Positions 12,201-25,658 of a stretch of DNA of 64,000 nt are shown in pieces. A model generated the notes under the pieces. The model had not been told where the DNA came from, did not search any database, and worked only from the letters and a program-made list of their open reading frames with translations. Each line of letters opens with the position of its first letter. The stretch's first letter is position 1. A program made the position numbers and the translations under genes. The stretch is from Ptychomitrium polyphyllum. Taxonomy: Eukaryota. The stretch lies in NCBI GenBank assembly GCA_973851085.1, contig OZ316775.1:1426001-1490000 (forward strand). Direction: 5' to 3'.

Positions 12201-15200
12201 TAATTGCTGGTTAATGCTCAGGCATATTACTGTCTCTTTCTGCACCTGATCAAGGATGTGAGATACACAATGTTATAATTGTTTCTAGCATTATATAGTG
12301 GCAGCGATTTTGTTACTGAATTTGTCTTCTATGTTGGTGGTATGGAGACATCGTTGTCAGCTCAGTTATATACTTGAACGGCTTTGTTTTTGTGACAGAT
12401 GCTCAACGAAGGCTGGATTCTCAATTATCCGGGAAAACTGAAAGCACTGATACCGCTACTCTTTTAACTCTGCTCCTACGAACCATTCAGAAACTTCCAA
12501 AGTTTGCAGAAGCCAAATCTAGGCAGCTCCTTCCACTTTTTCTTGCATTCATGGGCCAAACTGACGAGGATAGGTTGTTCTCCCTTTTATTATTTATTTG
12601 GATGCTACTTTGGACCTTTAAATAGTGCGTTTTCTCTAAGTACTTGACGATTTTTCCTTTGCTTATTTGAACTGTGAGGAATGTCAACTTGTACTTCATG
12701 TTTTTTGTTGAAGTAAAGCTAATGTGTTTTTTCTTGAAACTCTTCATGTGCTTGTTGCAGTGACTCCTCTCAAATTATTAATGGAGGGAGTGGCAAAGAT
12801 TGGAAGAAAGTCCTCAAAGAGTGGTTGACATTGTTGAAAGATATGAAAAATGCACGTGCGTTCTATAAAGGAGCACTTGTGAAGGACATCTTATTGAACA
12901 GGTGATTACTTAGCGGAATTTTTTTACATCAATGTTGACATGTTATGCGTTAAAATGATTTCTTGTCATGTCTACTGCGTTGTTGGAGATTTTGAAGCAT
13001 TCTTAGTATGTTTGTTCCATTGCGACCAAGCTCTGGGATTAATAAAAGCAATCACAATCCGCAGGATTCTCATAGACAATGATCCATCAATTCAGGCGTT
13101 GAGTCTTGAATGCTTGCTCAAGTGGAAAGACAGCTATCTGATCTCGCATGTGGCTCACCTGCAAAATCTTATTTCGTACTCAACTCTCCGAGAGGAACTT
13201 ACTACATGGACTATAGGAAGAGAAACCCATCAAGTACAAGAGGAACATCGGCCTGGGTTGATTGCAGTGGTTCTGCGAATCTTGTATCCAAAGATTATGA
13301 AACGCAGTGGTAAATTTGCTGGAAAGGTAAGACAATCGAGTTACTTATTGACGCTTTACAGTATCCAAAAACATAATTGTTCGTCTTTCAATGCTTGTTG
13401 TCGTGATTTATTAATCCTTTTTGGATTATGTGCAGGTAGGAGCAGGTGTTCACAGGAATTCAGTGCTCCAATTTTTGGCACAATTAGAGACGGCTGAGCT
13501 AGCTCCGCTTTTCTGTTTACTGCTAAAACCATTGCAGACTTCATTCTTTGGAGTTGCATTAGAAGTATTTGAGGGATCAACGCCGAAATGGGAAGTTACA
13601 GTTCTGGAAGGAAATGTTACTTCTAAGTTCATTGACTGGGTTGATGTTGGTGCTCTAGCAGCACTGCCGTATAAACGGAAAATGGGGTTCTTGCACATGG
13701 TGAAGGATTCTCTTGATATTTTTGACAGAGAAAGAATCGGGCCTTACTTGCATGCTTTGCTGGGCCTAGTATTCAAGTGTCTCGAAAGTACTGCGGGAAT
13801 ACGTGAGGAAACTTTAGCTGGAAATGATGAAACAGAACCTGCATATTTAGTATCGACTGATGCTCTGGAGTTGGAGTTAGTGGACAACACAGGGATGCAG
13901 GAGCTTCGTAAAGCACAATGTGGTTCAGCAAGTACTGCGCCTATGGAGGTTGATGATGGTACTGATGGCTCTGATGTAAAGTCATTAACTGTTATGGAGA
14001 TTGCTGACAAAGATGTTGAAGGCATTGACGGAGAAGATTTGAACGAGGATGAGGATTCGGAGAAACCCAAAAGTAGATCAGGAGGCAGTCACGACTTGCG
14101 AACACTTTGCTTGAAGATCATTGCGACAGTGTTTACCAAATTTGACGACTTCGATTATAATCCTGTTTGTTGGGATATTTTCTTTCAGTCGATATCGCCA
14201 TCAATCCAAAAATTCGCTCCAGAGAATCATTCAAGCATTGCCCCTGGGGCTGTTTTTTCCTGTCTTCTATCGATGGGGAAAAGTGTGTTTTTGGCACCAC
14301 TACTTGCTCGTGACCCAATTGTTGTGCCGAATGTTGTTGCTGTATTCAGTTATAGGGCAGCTACACCAGCCGTTATAACAGCAGTTGTCACCTTTATTGA
14401 AGGTGTGTTGAATCTTGAAGAGGAAGGTGGAGATGACGGGAAAGAGGTTGTAAAGAAAGTACTGCTACCTCATCTCCAGGTTTTGCTTGCCAGGGTTCAC
14501 GATCTCTTGACGATCAGGCGGGAGAAAATCAAGTAAGGAAGTTAGAATCTTAGAAACCTAGAACCTTAGAAGCTTGTTAGAAATTTTTCATAAAAAGTTA
14601 CTTCTGTCAGGTAGCACATCCATCCTTCAGTGTAGCTCTTTACATAACCTTAAACTGTTTCCAACAGTTTACAGGTATAAACTATTTCTGACTGGTCTGA
14701 CTGTACAGGGGGAAGAAGTCAGCATTTTCTGTGAAACGTGAACTTAGAATTCTGAGCCGGCTCAGTCATTATGTCAAAGACAAGCAGGAGGCAGCAAAAT
14801 TAGTGGATGTTTTGCTTCCTTTCTTGAAGGCAAAGAAGCGCATGGATCAAGGTTAGGTCAAATATCATAGCAATACTTGGCTCCTTATTGCTTTTTCTTC
14901 GTCCTGCTGCTGCTACTTGTTTGTCATTCCCTTGGGCTATTAAAATAACAGCCGAATTCTTTCTTCATTTCATTAATTACTCACCTCCCTGTAGTTCTGT
15001 TTTGGTTTCATTTGAACTCCTCGGCTGACGGTTAAGTCCCACCGTACTTTGTGAGTGTTCAGATGTTATCATGGAGGTTCTCCATATTCTCAGGAGCCTG
15101 GCACCAGCATTGGATGCTCAGAGTGTCAACAAATGCCTTCCAGCCCTGGCTCCTTTGCTAGCCTCAGTTTCAATCCAAGGAAATCGGATTGCTATTTGCG

Positions 15201-18200
15201 AAGCCCTTACGGAGTTTTCAAAAGTTGACTCATTCGTTTCGTCCGTGGTATGCGACATTAATTGTTCTTACTTTGATGGAGATTTCACTTGGAATTATTG
15301 TACTTGTTTTGTCATGGTTCTACCTTACTACTTGAAAATCCTTATTTTCTGTGCACATAGTATGTTAGTGTATGGTCTGCATATGCTGTCGTTGAGAAGG
15401 TTTATTACCACATGTTTCGTGTGCTTATGTAAAACTTATAGATGGTTCTGATTTTTCGGCCTTATGGGTTCGTTGCATTTATGTGCTGGATTCGATGTGT
15501 TTCTAAACGATCTCACATGTACATGATTGAGTTAAGCTGTGGCTTACCTTCTTTTACGTTCTTGCAGGCGACATTGTTAGTGGACCTGAATGCCATGTCA
15601 CCTACAACTATGGAAGAGTTTGACTATGATCGTCGCTTACAAGCTTATGAGCGGATGAATGCGTCGCTTTTTGCTGAACTGAATAGAGCAACGGGCCTTC
15701 TTGTTCTATCACAGGCAGTTTTTGACATGGGTTCAGAGGATATGTCTCTTAGGCACAGTTCTTCGAGCTGTCTGCAGTCATTTGTGAAGTTTGCATCCTC
15801 TTTACCGGAGGAAGCACATCCTGGCCATTTGCAAGATGAAAAGGCAGGTGAATTGCATGAGGATGTGGAATTGGCTCTGGATGGTGCCGACGGAGAACTG
15901 GTTGGCGAACCGTTGGAGGTTACCTTTGAAGATATTATTAAGACAGAGTCAGGATCGGTCAAACCATTGGTGCAGAGGTTTCTACTTCCACATGTTCGTA
16001 ATGCGATGGGCTCCGAACTTCTTGTTGTGAGAAGGGTACGTTGGACATGTGCAATTAGATTGCAATCTTTACCTGCTTTACAGTTAGGAATTGTGCAATG
16101 ACGATTTGGGCAATCGTGCACTTGAGATTCTGCAATTTCCTCATTTAGAATTTCAGCTTGTTATCTTAAGCATATTGATTTACATACGAGCATTATGACT
16201 GCTGAGCTGTTTTTATGTTGAACGTTATGGTGGTAGTTATGGTGTTTTAGGTCCTTTCCAAGTTTTACCACTTTACCCATAGTCCTAGTAGAACGTAGAT
16301 TATGTTCAGATCAATGGGATGATGTACGAAGCTGACCTGTTCTTGAGTCATTCAGTAAGTTACCTGCTTATTGCTGCAGGAATGGGTTGCTTTACTTCGT
16401 GAAATGGCTCTGAGCTTTTCGGCAGTTCCAGCCTTGAAGGAATATCAAGCACTTGTGAACACAGATCCAGAAGTTGACTTCTTTTACAATGTTGTCCATC
16501 TTCAGGTTGCGGTTTTTTTTCAGTCTAAATTTTTCTTTCGAGGATACTTAGTTTGTTGATTTCTATCGGATTGTTCTTAGTGCAGACATATCATAGATGG
16601 AGATAGACTTTTGGATCGCGTTAGAACGATTTAGTATAATTCTTTGATGAGAGCTTATGTAGTGACTATGCTTGCTGGTTTGGCTCTGCAGGTTCACAGA
16701 AGAAGTAAAGCCATGGCAAAATTCAGGACTTTTTGTGCTACTGGACATTTTTCTCAGGTAAACAGTTTGTCCCGATTATGATGAATTGATTTGTTTGTTT
16801 TAATGGAGAGTTTCTTGTATTTAATTAATATCTTTTGTATATTTTAAATAACTAAAAAGGTTGATGTTGCCTTCCTCAGGGAGCCCTCTTGAGGATATTT
16901 GTACCCTTGTTTATGAATTCAATATTTGAGGCTAAAGGTGATAAGGAAGGAAATCTTGTGGGATCTGCAATTGAAACTATTGCATGTATAGCCAGCCAAC
17001 TTCAGTGGGAGCCTTATTTTGGCTTACTGATGCGATCATTTAGGTTCCTTAGCTCAAAAGTGGAACACCAGAAAGTTTTAGTACGACTGGTGTGTGCGAC
17101 CCTTGATGCTTTTCATTTCTTTGAGTCTACTATTGAAGAAAACATTAGTGAGGATGCAGAGAATGAGGCCAATAACGAGCTCACACGAAAATTACCAGCT
17201 GAGATAGAGGGCCTCCTTCGGAAGCGTGTTCTGCCTGAGTTCACTAAGGTGATGATTTCGAAAATGGATATTGTCAATGCATCAGTAGCCCTTGCGCTAG
17301 TGAAAATTCTGAAGCTTATGCCAGAGGAGGTGGTGGAGCTTGAGCTACCACGTATAGTGCAAAGCATTACAAATTTGCTCAAAAACCGGAATAGCCAGGC
17401 AGTGAGAGATGAGGCTCGTTCTGCGCTAGTCTCAGTGACTGCTACTTTAGGCCCTCGTTATTTGCATTTTATTGCAGGAGTGCTGAAGGCTTCACTTACG
17501 AAAGGGTTTGAGGTTCACGTATTGGGCTACACCCTTTACTCCGTTCTGGTGAAGCTTTTTGAAACGGTGAAAGTAGGTGAAATCGATTACTGCCTGCCGC
17601 TGCTGTTGGAGATGCTTGAGAATGACATTATGGGTGAAGTAGCAGAAGAGAAGAATGTGGAAGCAATTGCTATAAAGATGAAAGAAACGAGGCATATGCG
17701 ATCTTTTGAAAGTATGAGGCTGATTGCGCAAGTTATCACATTTCCAACTCAAGTTCCTACCATGTTGAGTCCGGTTAGGAGGAATCTACCCAAAACGTTT
17801 TCACCTAAAAACCGTGTGAAGGTTGAGACAATGCTGAAGCAAATAGCCCTTGGTTTACAATCGAACACGTCGGTCAGCCAAGAGACTCTTTTTATTTTAG
17901 TCCACGGGCTAATGGAAGATGGTCTTAAGGAGGAGCAGGCTGTAGCTCTTGCATTGGCTGCCAAGAATCATGCAAAACTGGAAGGGAAGGGAGCTGGAAG
18001 GTTGACCAAGACAGTTACTGGAAAATCAGCAGAATTGAATTACAGTAAAGACAGGAATGGTGAGAGCAAGGGTGCAATAACTACAGGAATAGGAACACCT
18101 AATGCACATCTGCTTACAGAATTTGCTCTACAATTGTTCTTCTCTCACTTGAAGAAAATGAAGATAAGCTTTAAAGATCAACGGGCATTATCAATGCTGG

Positions 18201-21200
18201 ATCCTCTGGTGGATCTTTTCTTCAGATTCTTAGCTTCAAAATACGACGGTGTATTGTCAGGGGTAATGAGGTGCCTAGGTATACTCGTCAAGTTGCCTCT
18301 GCCATCAGTTGATAAATTTGGAGCCAAAATGTCTAAGATAGTGTTCAATATGGCGCAGCGCTCTGGGAAAACGGATACTCCAATTATGCAGGCTTGTTTC
18401 CAGCTTCTTATCACGCTCATTCGGCACTGCAAGACAGCAAAGATAACAGATGAACAACTTCGGTTGCTTTTACGCTTTCCTGTGTTCAGTGACTTGGAAA
18501 GTACTACTGGGAGCACGGCTTTGTCTCTTTTGAAAGCTGTAGTTACTCGCAAGCTTCTTGTTCCGGAACTGTACGATATGATGACCCGTGTTTCTGAAGT
18601 GATGGTGCAAAGTCAGCTAGCACCTGTTCGACAAGTATGCAGTCAAATTTTCTTACAATTCCTGCTCGACTACCCGCTTGGAGCTAAGCGCCTGCAACAG
18701 CACCTTGACTTTCTCCTAACAAATTTAGGGTAAGAGAACATGTCTCCATCATTCAGATCCTTGGTAGATTTGCTGGTGCTATTTCTGGGTGAGAACTTGT
18801 CTTTACATTTCCTCCAACTTCTCCACCTAATTCAGGTTTGTTCCAGTCGAACGTTCGGGGATTCTTAATGGTAGTAGTCATGATTGAAGGATGATTTTTG
18901 TTTTGAAAGTATACCATGACGTTCGTTTGGTCCCTTGAGTTTTGTGACTTTCATCATATCCGTCGTGATCACAAGTTAAGCTGTAAATTTCTCCAACAGG
19001 TATGAGCATGCAAGTGGTCGAGAAGCAGCACTAGAAATGCTTCATACAGTAATAATGAAGTTCCCCGAGACGGTGGTCGAAGAGCATGCGGAATCACTTT
19101 TCTTACCTTTAGTGGCAAGACTGGTGAATGACAATGCAAATCATGTACGAGCCATGGTTGGAACAGTATTGAAGATGCTTATGAGCAGAGTTGGTCCTCG
19201 TGCCCTTCAGCGAATGGTAGAATTTTCACTCACATGGTACAAGGGTGATAATTTCCGCCTCTGGCGACCTGCTGCACAGGTGGGAAACTTATATCTGCAG
19301 TTTAGTATCTGCTTTGATTGTGTTAATCAATTATTTTGCAGAATATTTCTGCAGTGCAAACTTTAGTTGAACGTGATGTAGTTCAGTTGTCCATTTCTCT
19401 GCTTAGAGCTGCATTTCTTCTGGCTGTAGTACGTCTGTGACCTTAGATCCTCGTATAATCTTGCAGGTTTTGGGCTTTTTGACTGAGGTGATGAAAGGTA
19501 AGTTTGAGAAACACATAGAAGAAGCAATAGAAGCAACAATCAAAATTTTGAGGACTACCGCGTCTGAAAGCGAAGAGGAAGAAGACGACATTCCAGACTG
19601 GCAAGGAACGTATGCAGCGCTGATCATGACTCAGAAGCTTCTGCAACAATTTCCTCAGTACTGCCTCCAGGCAAAAGTTCAGGTAATTTTTTGGTTCGAT
19701 CTTTAGATTATTTTGTAGAACTTCTAAATCTTCCTTTCCTGGTATATTTCTGTCTCGTGGTTGGTACCTACGTATAGTTACGTCTCTCAAGGTTTGATTG
19801 AGTGCGTGGTTACATAAATGCTGAATGTTTTGAATCTAAGTGTTATTTAGTGCTTGTGTTATCCCTATACAGGAATTCTGGGAGTTGGTATGCAGTTTAT
19901 TGTTGCACAAGCACTCTTGGATTCGACTGGCATCGGGACGCTTGCTTGCCATGTTCTATGATGCATGCGGCGAGAAGAACCGTGGATACAGCAAATCGAA
20001 GGCAAGTTTTGAGGGTGCAGTTGATTTTAATGTCATGTTTGGGTCTGGCAGTAACAAATGTTTGAGCTTCATGTTCAAATGATGAGGTTGTTATTACATG
20101 GGGTGTTGCCATATTGTTCCATGGTGTTTGATGTGCACCTAACAGATAAACTTGTTGCTTGGTGATTTTCATTTAGATTCATGTAGGGTTGCATGTTCGA
20201 TACAATAGACACAGTTGAGGTATCTAGTGGATCTATACTCAGCATTTATCAACACAAACTGAATCTTCATTTATAATGTCTGAACAGCTGCTGCTGCATC
20301 CAAGTTGGCTTCTGCTGGTTGCTGGGTACCTTTGTGAACAGCTTGATGCGGAGTTTATGGACAGTGCTTTGGCGGATCAAATTGTTAAAAATCTTCTCTA
20401 TATTTCATCTGCCTTTCCTTCTTCGGAATCTGCTTTTCAAGTCAGTGAACCTCAAAGTCGATTGAGAATTGAGCAAGCGAAAGAAATGCTTGGTGCAAAT
20501 AAAAGAGGTCTGAAAAAGGATGCCCAGAATGTGGATGCCGAAGACGGAGTCGCAGATGAGGATGATGGAGACTTGCCTACTCAGTCTGGAAACGTCGATG
20601 ATAAATCTCATGCAAACGCTCCATCTTGGGCTCTAACACTTGTTTTCAGAAGACTGGAAAAAGTTGCTCTTCGTATTCAGCCTACACAGGTGTTTTGACA
20701 TCATCAAACACATTTTGCATTGATACAATTTTGAATATTGCACTGTTTACATTTCCTCACCTTCCCATCGAAATTTGGACCTTAGACTTCCTGGTATTTT
20801 TGAATTGACAAATTATGCACTTGTCATGGCTTGGCAGGGTAAGGCTGTTTTGCAGTGGTTTGCAGCAATGGCTTCTCGATTAGGAGCAGTTGGGGTCCAG
20901 CCCTATTTGCGGTCCATGCTTGTACCGCTTTATAAAATTACTGAAGGATCAGCAGCTAAGCAAGTGCAAGGTACAATACTGCTGAAGAGTAGCTGCAGCA
21001 TTGTGCATTATTTAACCTTGGGTTTTTAGTATTGTTGATTTCTGAGATTATGTTCCAGTCTGGAACGAGTGCTACATCTTCTCGATTTTTAAGTATTGTT
21101 TCATAGTTGATTTCTGTTACTTTGCATCTCATCTCTGTTTGCACATTGTTTATTTACCGATGCTCTTGTTCTGTGAAATGCAGAGGAGCTCAAGGCATAT

Positions 21201-21437
21201 GGCGATGAAGTGCTAAACGAATTACGAGGATTACTAGGAGTGAACGAGTTTGTACAAGTATATAACAATGTTCGGCAAGGGGTAAAGGATCTGCGCGAGA
21301 AACGTAAACGAGCACAGAAGCTCAACGTGCTTGTGGATCCGGAGCGCAGTGCAAAACGCAAGATCAAGTTAAATCTGAAGCGCCAAGCCCAGAAGAAACG
21401 GAAAATAATAGATTCCAAACGGCAGAGAGGCCTCTAG
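6285..21437 (+). CDS. UTP20: U3 snoRNP / SSU processome component UTP20 (DRIM homolog, HEAT/ARM repeat protein)
   Basis: About 31 exons, e.g. 6285-6341, 6475-6597, 6713-6870, 13436-14532, 16880-18729, 21184-21437. N-terminus KSLNKGPGGKRFVFKNFATRVEEV...WRELNSAADF; DRIM region LECLLKWKDSYL..LREELTTW; KGFEVHVLGYTL; FLLDYPLGAKRLQQHLDFLLTNL.YEHASGREAALEML; basic C-terminus VDPERSAKRKIK. Confidence 0.96.
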
Positions 21438-22949
21438 ATGTATATCAGAATTTCACCACATGCGTTTCCTTATTTCACTGCTATTCAATGTCTGGATATC
21501 AATGAGTTCATAGGTTTTTATTCTTGGTGGCTTGGGCTCCAATTCTCTTGAAAGGTAGTAGTGGTCAAATAGACGTAGCTGACCAGACTACTTATCTTTT
21601 GTCATTTTAGCCATCATTATCCTAATTTTGGACAGACTTAGGTTATCAGACTTCGTAAGAAGTTTCAATTTTGTAGATTATTTAGTGCGCATGCGCAATT
21701 GAGTGCATAAATTGGAGTTTTCTAAAGTTTCATCAGAAGGATCTGAGTTGTTGCCATCTGAAGCTACACAGTTTTGCATGAGATTACTTTTCTGAGTTCT
21801 AATCAACTGATTTGTTACAATGCTTTAACGTCATGTGCACGCAGGCAGCTGCAGTGATGAGTGTGAACGTTAGCTCCTTCAGCAATCCTGAAGGGCTGGA
21901 AGGTTTAGCTCATTTTCTCGGTGTACATTCCTGTAATTCGGATTGCTACTTCAGACCCAGTTGCAAAATTTAATTATTTAGACCCAACCAGGACACCCGA
22001 AGTTTCCATTAAACTCTTTGTGAGGTGATGTTTGGAATGCGTGAGCGAAGATGTATAGTAAACGTAAACCTTCTAGGTGGAATACAGAAGAAATCCAGAA
22101 ATATTGCAAATCATTTGTAGAAGTAGATAAATGCAATATCAAGTAATCGAGTGTCAAGCCAAACTTGTGCTTGTCTAGCCCTTTGTTAGTTTCACATTAG
22201 ATAAGATTTATGTACATGACGGAAATCTGTTACCAACACGTTTTTATGGAAAGAACAACAGAGATATATGATAATCATACTTCTCATCCATATGACCTGA
22301 AATTTAATTTGATGCAGAGCACATGCCTTTCTATTCAAGGAAAAAGACTCAAATGAAGGAGCTTACAATTTGTAATTGGCCGAGGTACTTACCAGACTTC
22401 AGAAAATTAACTTCCAACAGCAGTCCTAAATAAGCTTTAAGGAACTCACGATTTAGCAAGGTTGCCTTATTGGGGGTTAGCATATGTTATCGTGTTTACG
22501 CAGTTTTGTTGATTATCTTGCCTTGCACAGAATAATGGCAAAGGTTCGTCAAATGACCTATACCGAAGACCCTCTTCGGAATCCTTCCTTGTTTCTTGTT
22601 TTGTTGTCCTCAATGAGAGAATCGAAACGTGTGCTTAAGTCTATGGACCATATGATAGATTTAATGCAACTGAAGGTTAAAGAATTCCGCGTAGTTTTAA
22701 TATCGCAGAGGCTTTGGACGACCTTCAGCTATTAGCTCAAAACAATTTTACTGAGGTGAGGAACAACAGAAAAGAACCCCGGCGGTTCGTAGGCCAACCT
22801 GACGTTTCACATGCAGAAAATTTCGTCTCATGGACTGGATCAAACTCAGCATCCAAATTTACAGCTCGCAAAATGCTTTGGAGATCCAAGCTTCTAAGAG
22901 CCTGGTTGGAGACAATGGAAGCATCACACAGCTGATCAGAGAGTTCCGC

Positions 22950-22996
22950 TCTTCTACCCTTCAGGCTTCTGTAACCTTCAGGCTTCTACCCTTCAG
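22950..22996 (+). repeat. Short tandem repeat, 3 x ~15-17 bp (cttctacccttcagg)
   Basis: cttctacccttcagg / cttctgtaaccttcagg / cttctacccttcagg, read directly. Confidence 0.8.
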
Positions 22997-23690
22997 GTTC
23001 ACTTCCTAATGAAGCTGCTGTGAGGACCCTACGCAAAGTAAGAAGCCCGCATCAAGAACATTCATACCTTTAAACTTTCAGAGTTTGTACAGTATACCAA
23101 CGGGATTGGCAGATTCTCTCGCATCTCAAAACTAAGATTTGGATTATAAGATTCCTTATTGAGGGAGTTGACATACCTGATTTATCGTTAGCTTTTGTGG
23201 CACATTAGTGACGCGGATTTCAGATATAGAAGTATGCAGGTTACCAATTGAAACCAAATTCTCTCTTCAAGTCACAAAGGAAACGTATTGCAACTAGAAC
23301 CCATTGCCTATTCAGCATATCACTCATATCAACTCGAACCAAATGCAGTAGGGAAAAAATAGATGGTGTAGTGCTTTCGTCTCATATTAAATCTGTACTT
23401 TATGGAATTTTGATATGATACATACTGTCAAAGGTGAGGACTGATACTTCATGGATGTTTACATATATCTACAGGCCTCCTGGTGCGGGTCTAGTTTGTG
23501 CCACTTGTAGTGACCCAATTGGGTCCAATGTCATAATTCTCGCGACTCCTGTGATACCACCATCACTTCAGAGACAATAGCATGCAAGGGCTTCAAGGCG
23601 CTCAGCTCCAGGTGCCATTTACGGGTTGAATGAACGAATATGCAATTGAGTTATCGTGCATACAAATAGCTCGGATACTTAACGTGAAAT

Positions 23691-25095
23691 CTACTCAACT
23701 CCACGTTTCTTTCTCATCCGAGCTGCCCAAGATTCCTGTTTGCCACCTCTCTCCCCTCGATTCCGAAGTCCTTGCAGCTGTGATTCCCAGTGATCCTTCC
23801 AATCGATATAAGCATCCATGTCAGATTTTCCAGTTCTCCTACGATTTCCTGCTCTAAAACCAGCAGAAAGAGTCCTAGTATTAAGAGGGTTCTGCAACCA
23901 AAGATCGTAATCTGCCCGTAAATGAGGATCCGATAGAGTGTCATAAGCTTCTTGTACTTGCAAGAAGCGCCTTGTACACTCCTCCCTTTCGGTTGGCGGG
24001 CACACATCTGGGTGATAACGACGCGCCATTTGCCTGTACGCTACTTTGATCTCTGGCAAACCTGCAGAAGCAACCGGATCTCTTAGTTCTACAAACTATT
24101 TCTGCAGAGATACCTAGAAATGAATCTCAAAGCTCAACAACCAAGGACGGTGCTAATTCTCAGTAAGAGACAGCAATGATTACTGAAGACTACAATCATT
24201 GAGCTCGTCAAGACATTATCATGGACAAGGTGCATGTCAACTCAACATCTTTTTCATGTCCATTCCAACCTAAATTTACTAAATTTACAAAAGTCTGACT
24301 TACAGCCCCCTTGCTAAAGCTGCCTTGTTCGTGTAGCTTGGATGAGGGTCTCTCTCTTGAGTCCACAAAATCTGAAATAAGTTCGTGGCAAGTGGACACC
24401 TGATTACACTACCGATACGCTACTAATAAGAAGCCTTTCAGAAACTACAGTAATCACACTAACAACCCTATTATAAAAAATAAGTGTACCAGGACTATGA
24501 TTCTTTATGTACTGTACATCCCTAATTGCAGCATAAATCTGACACATGAAAATCGTCTAAAATTTGTGTCCACAATAAACTGAGAAAATAGGGACACTTT
24601 GATGAGCAAACTGAGCCCTAGGTCCTTTCCCTGCTGTATTCTTCGCAATTTTACTTCTAATTGATGAATTCAAACACATTTCCAATCAACGACAGTTAAA
24701 GTGTTTATACAAGTGGACTTGTACATGGCATCCTTGCCATAAGAATGATAAGAAAAGACATGGAAATGCGAATGAGTTCCAATGCAGCAATTGAATTTTT
24801 AGGTTATGAAGTACTCACCTACATGCTGCGGAATCTCAAGAAGCTCATACAGCGTCGGTAGGGGCATGCAACTGTCCCGCGAGGCATCCGCAGTGGAGCT
24901 GCAACGCACGCGATATCTCCCTCGCTGCTGCAATTGACGAACTGGAAGCGAGAGCAACCGAATCTGTAGTCTACAACTATTCCCTAAAAGTGAGCTCACA
25001 CACAAATGTCTGCTAGCGACTGACACAGGAGGACGCCTACTACAAAACTTGTGCTGATTCTGCAACACGGATTCAAAGTACACCTCCACTGCCAT
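23691..25095 (-). CDS. Small J-domain co-chaperone (DnaJ 11/20-like, plastid-targeted type)
   Basis: Exons 25095-24819 and 24061-23691 join in phase (GTGAGT donor, TGCAG acceptor). Ser/Arg-rich transit-like N-terminus ending VRC; J-domain TLYELLEI...EIKVAYRQMARRYHPD...FLQVQEAYDTLSDP..RADYD; C-terminal WESQLQGL..SWAARMR motif typical of J20-like proteins. Confidence 0.92.
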
Positions 25096-25559
25096 CGTCA
25101 CATACGATCCAACAATCAATTGGGCACTCAATACACCAACCTCGTGCACCCCAAGCACACTTCAGCTTTTCGTCTCTCTCCCACTAGATTCTGTATGCCC
25201 GTGTGAGCTCAAAATTTGGACACCACCAAGGCTGGCAACATCCACGCGACGAGTATGTCAACCAAAAGTGGTGGCACTCAACATACAACTCCATTTACAG
25301 AGTACCAGCAAACCCCATACTCACAGCAATTGAGCTTTGCAAAGGGCAATTGGGACTGTTGGGGCAATCCTTCCGAGGACCGCACGGCGATGTCGACTAG
25401 GCCTGGAAATCCACATCAAAAGTAATGATCACCCAACTCAAACAAGAACAGAAAGTGTAGCGTTGACGTGAACTCTTCGACGGCAGGTGAAGAAGTGATC
25501 CATAGCAGCAAAACCGTACCCACATTCACAGAGACAAGGCTTCGGCAACCTCAATCCTC

Positions 25560-25622
25560 CCTCTCTCTCTCTCTCTCTCTCAATCTCACCGACTCACCGT
25601 CAACAGAACAACCACCACCACC

Positions 25623-25658
<36 letters not shown>
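25560..25658. repeat. Microsatellite cluster (CT)n, (CCA)n, (CAA)n upstream of the DnaJ start, probably 5'UTR/leader intron
   Basis: ctctctct... 25560-25581, ccaccacca 25610-25623, caacaa... 25624-25658. A minus-strand G|GTGAGT donor lies between them near 25597. Confidence 0.85.

Noticed and set aside
22484..22935. Two overlapping plus-strand ORFs after a splice-acceptor-like site
   Set aside because: No recognisable domain; cannot distinguish from chance or a heavily decayed gene.
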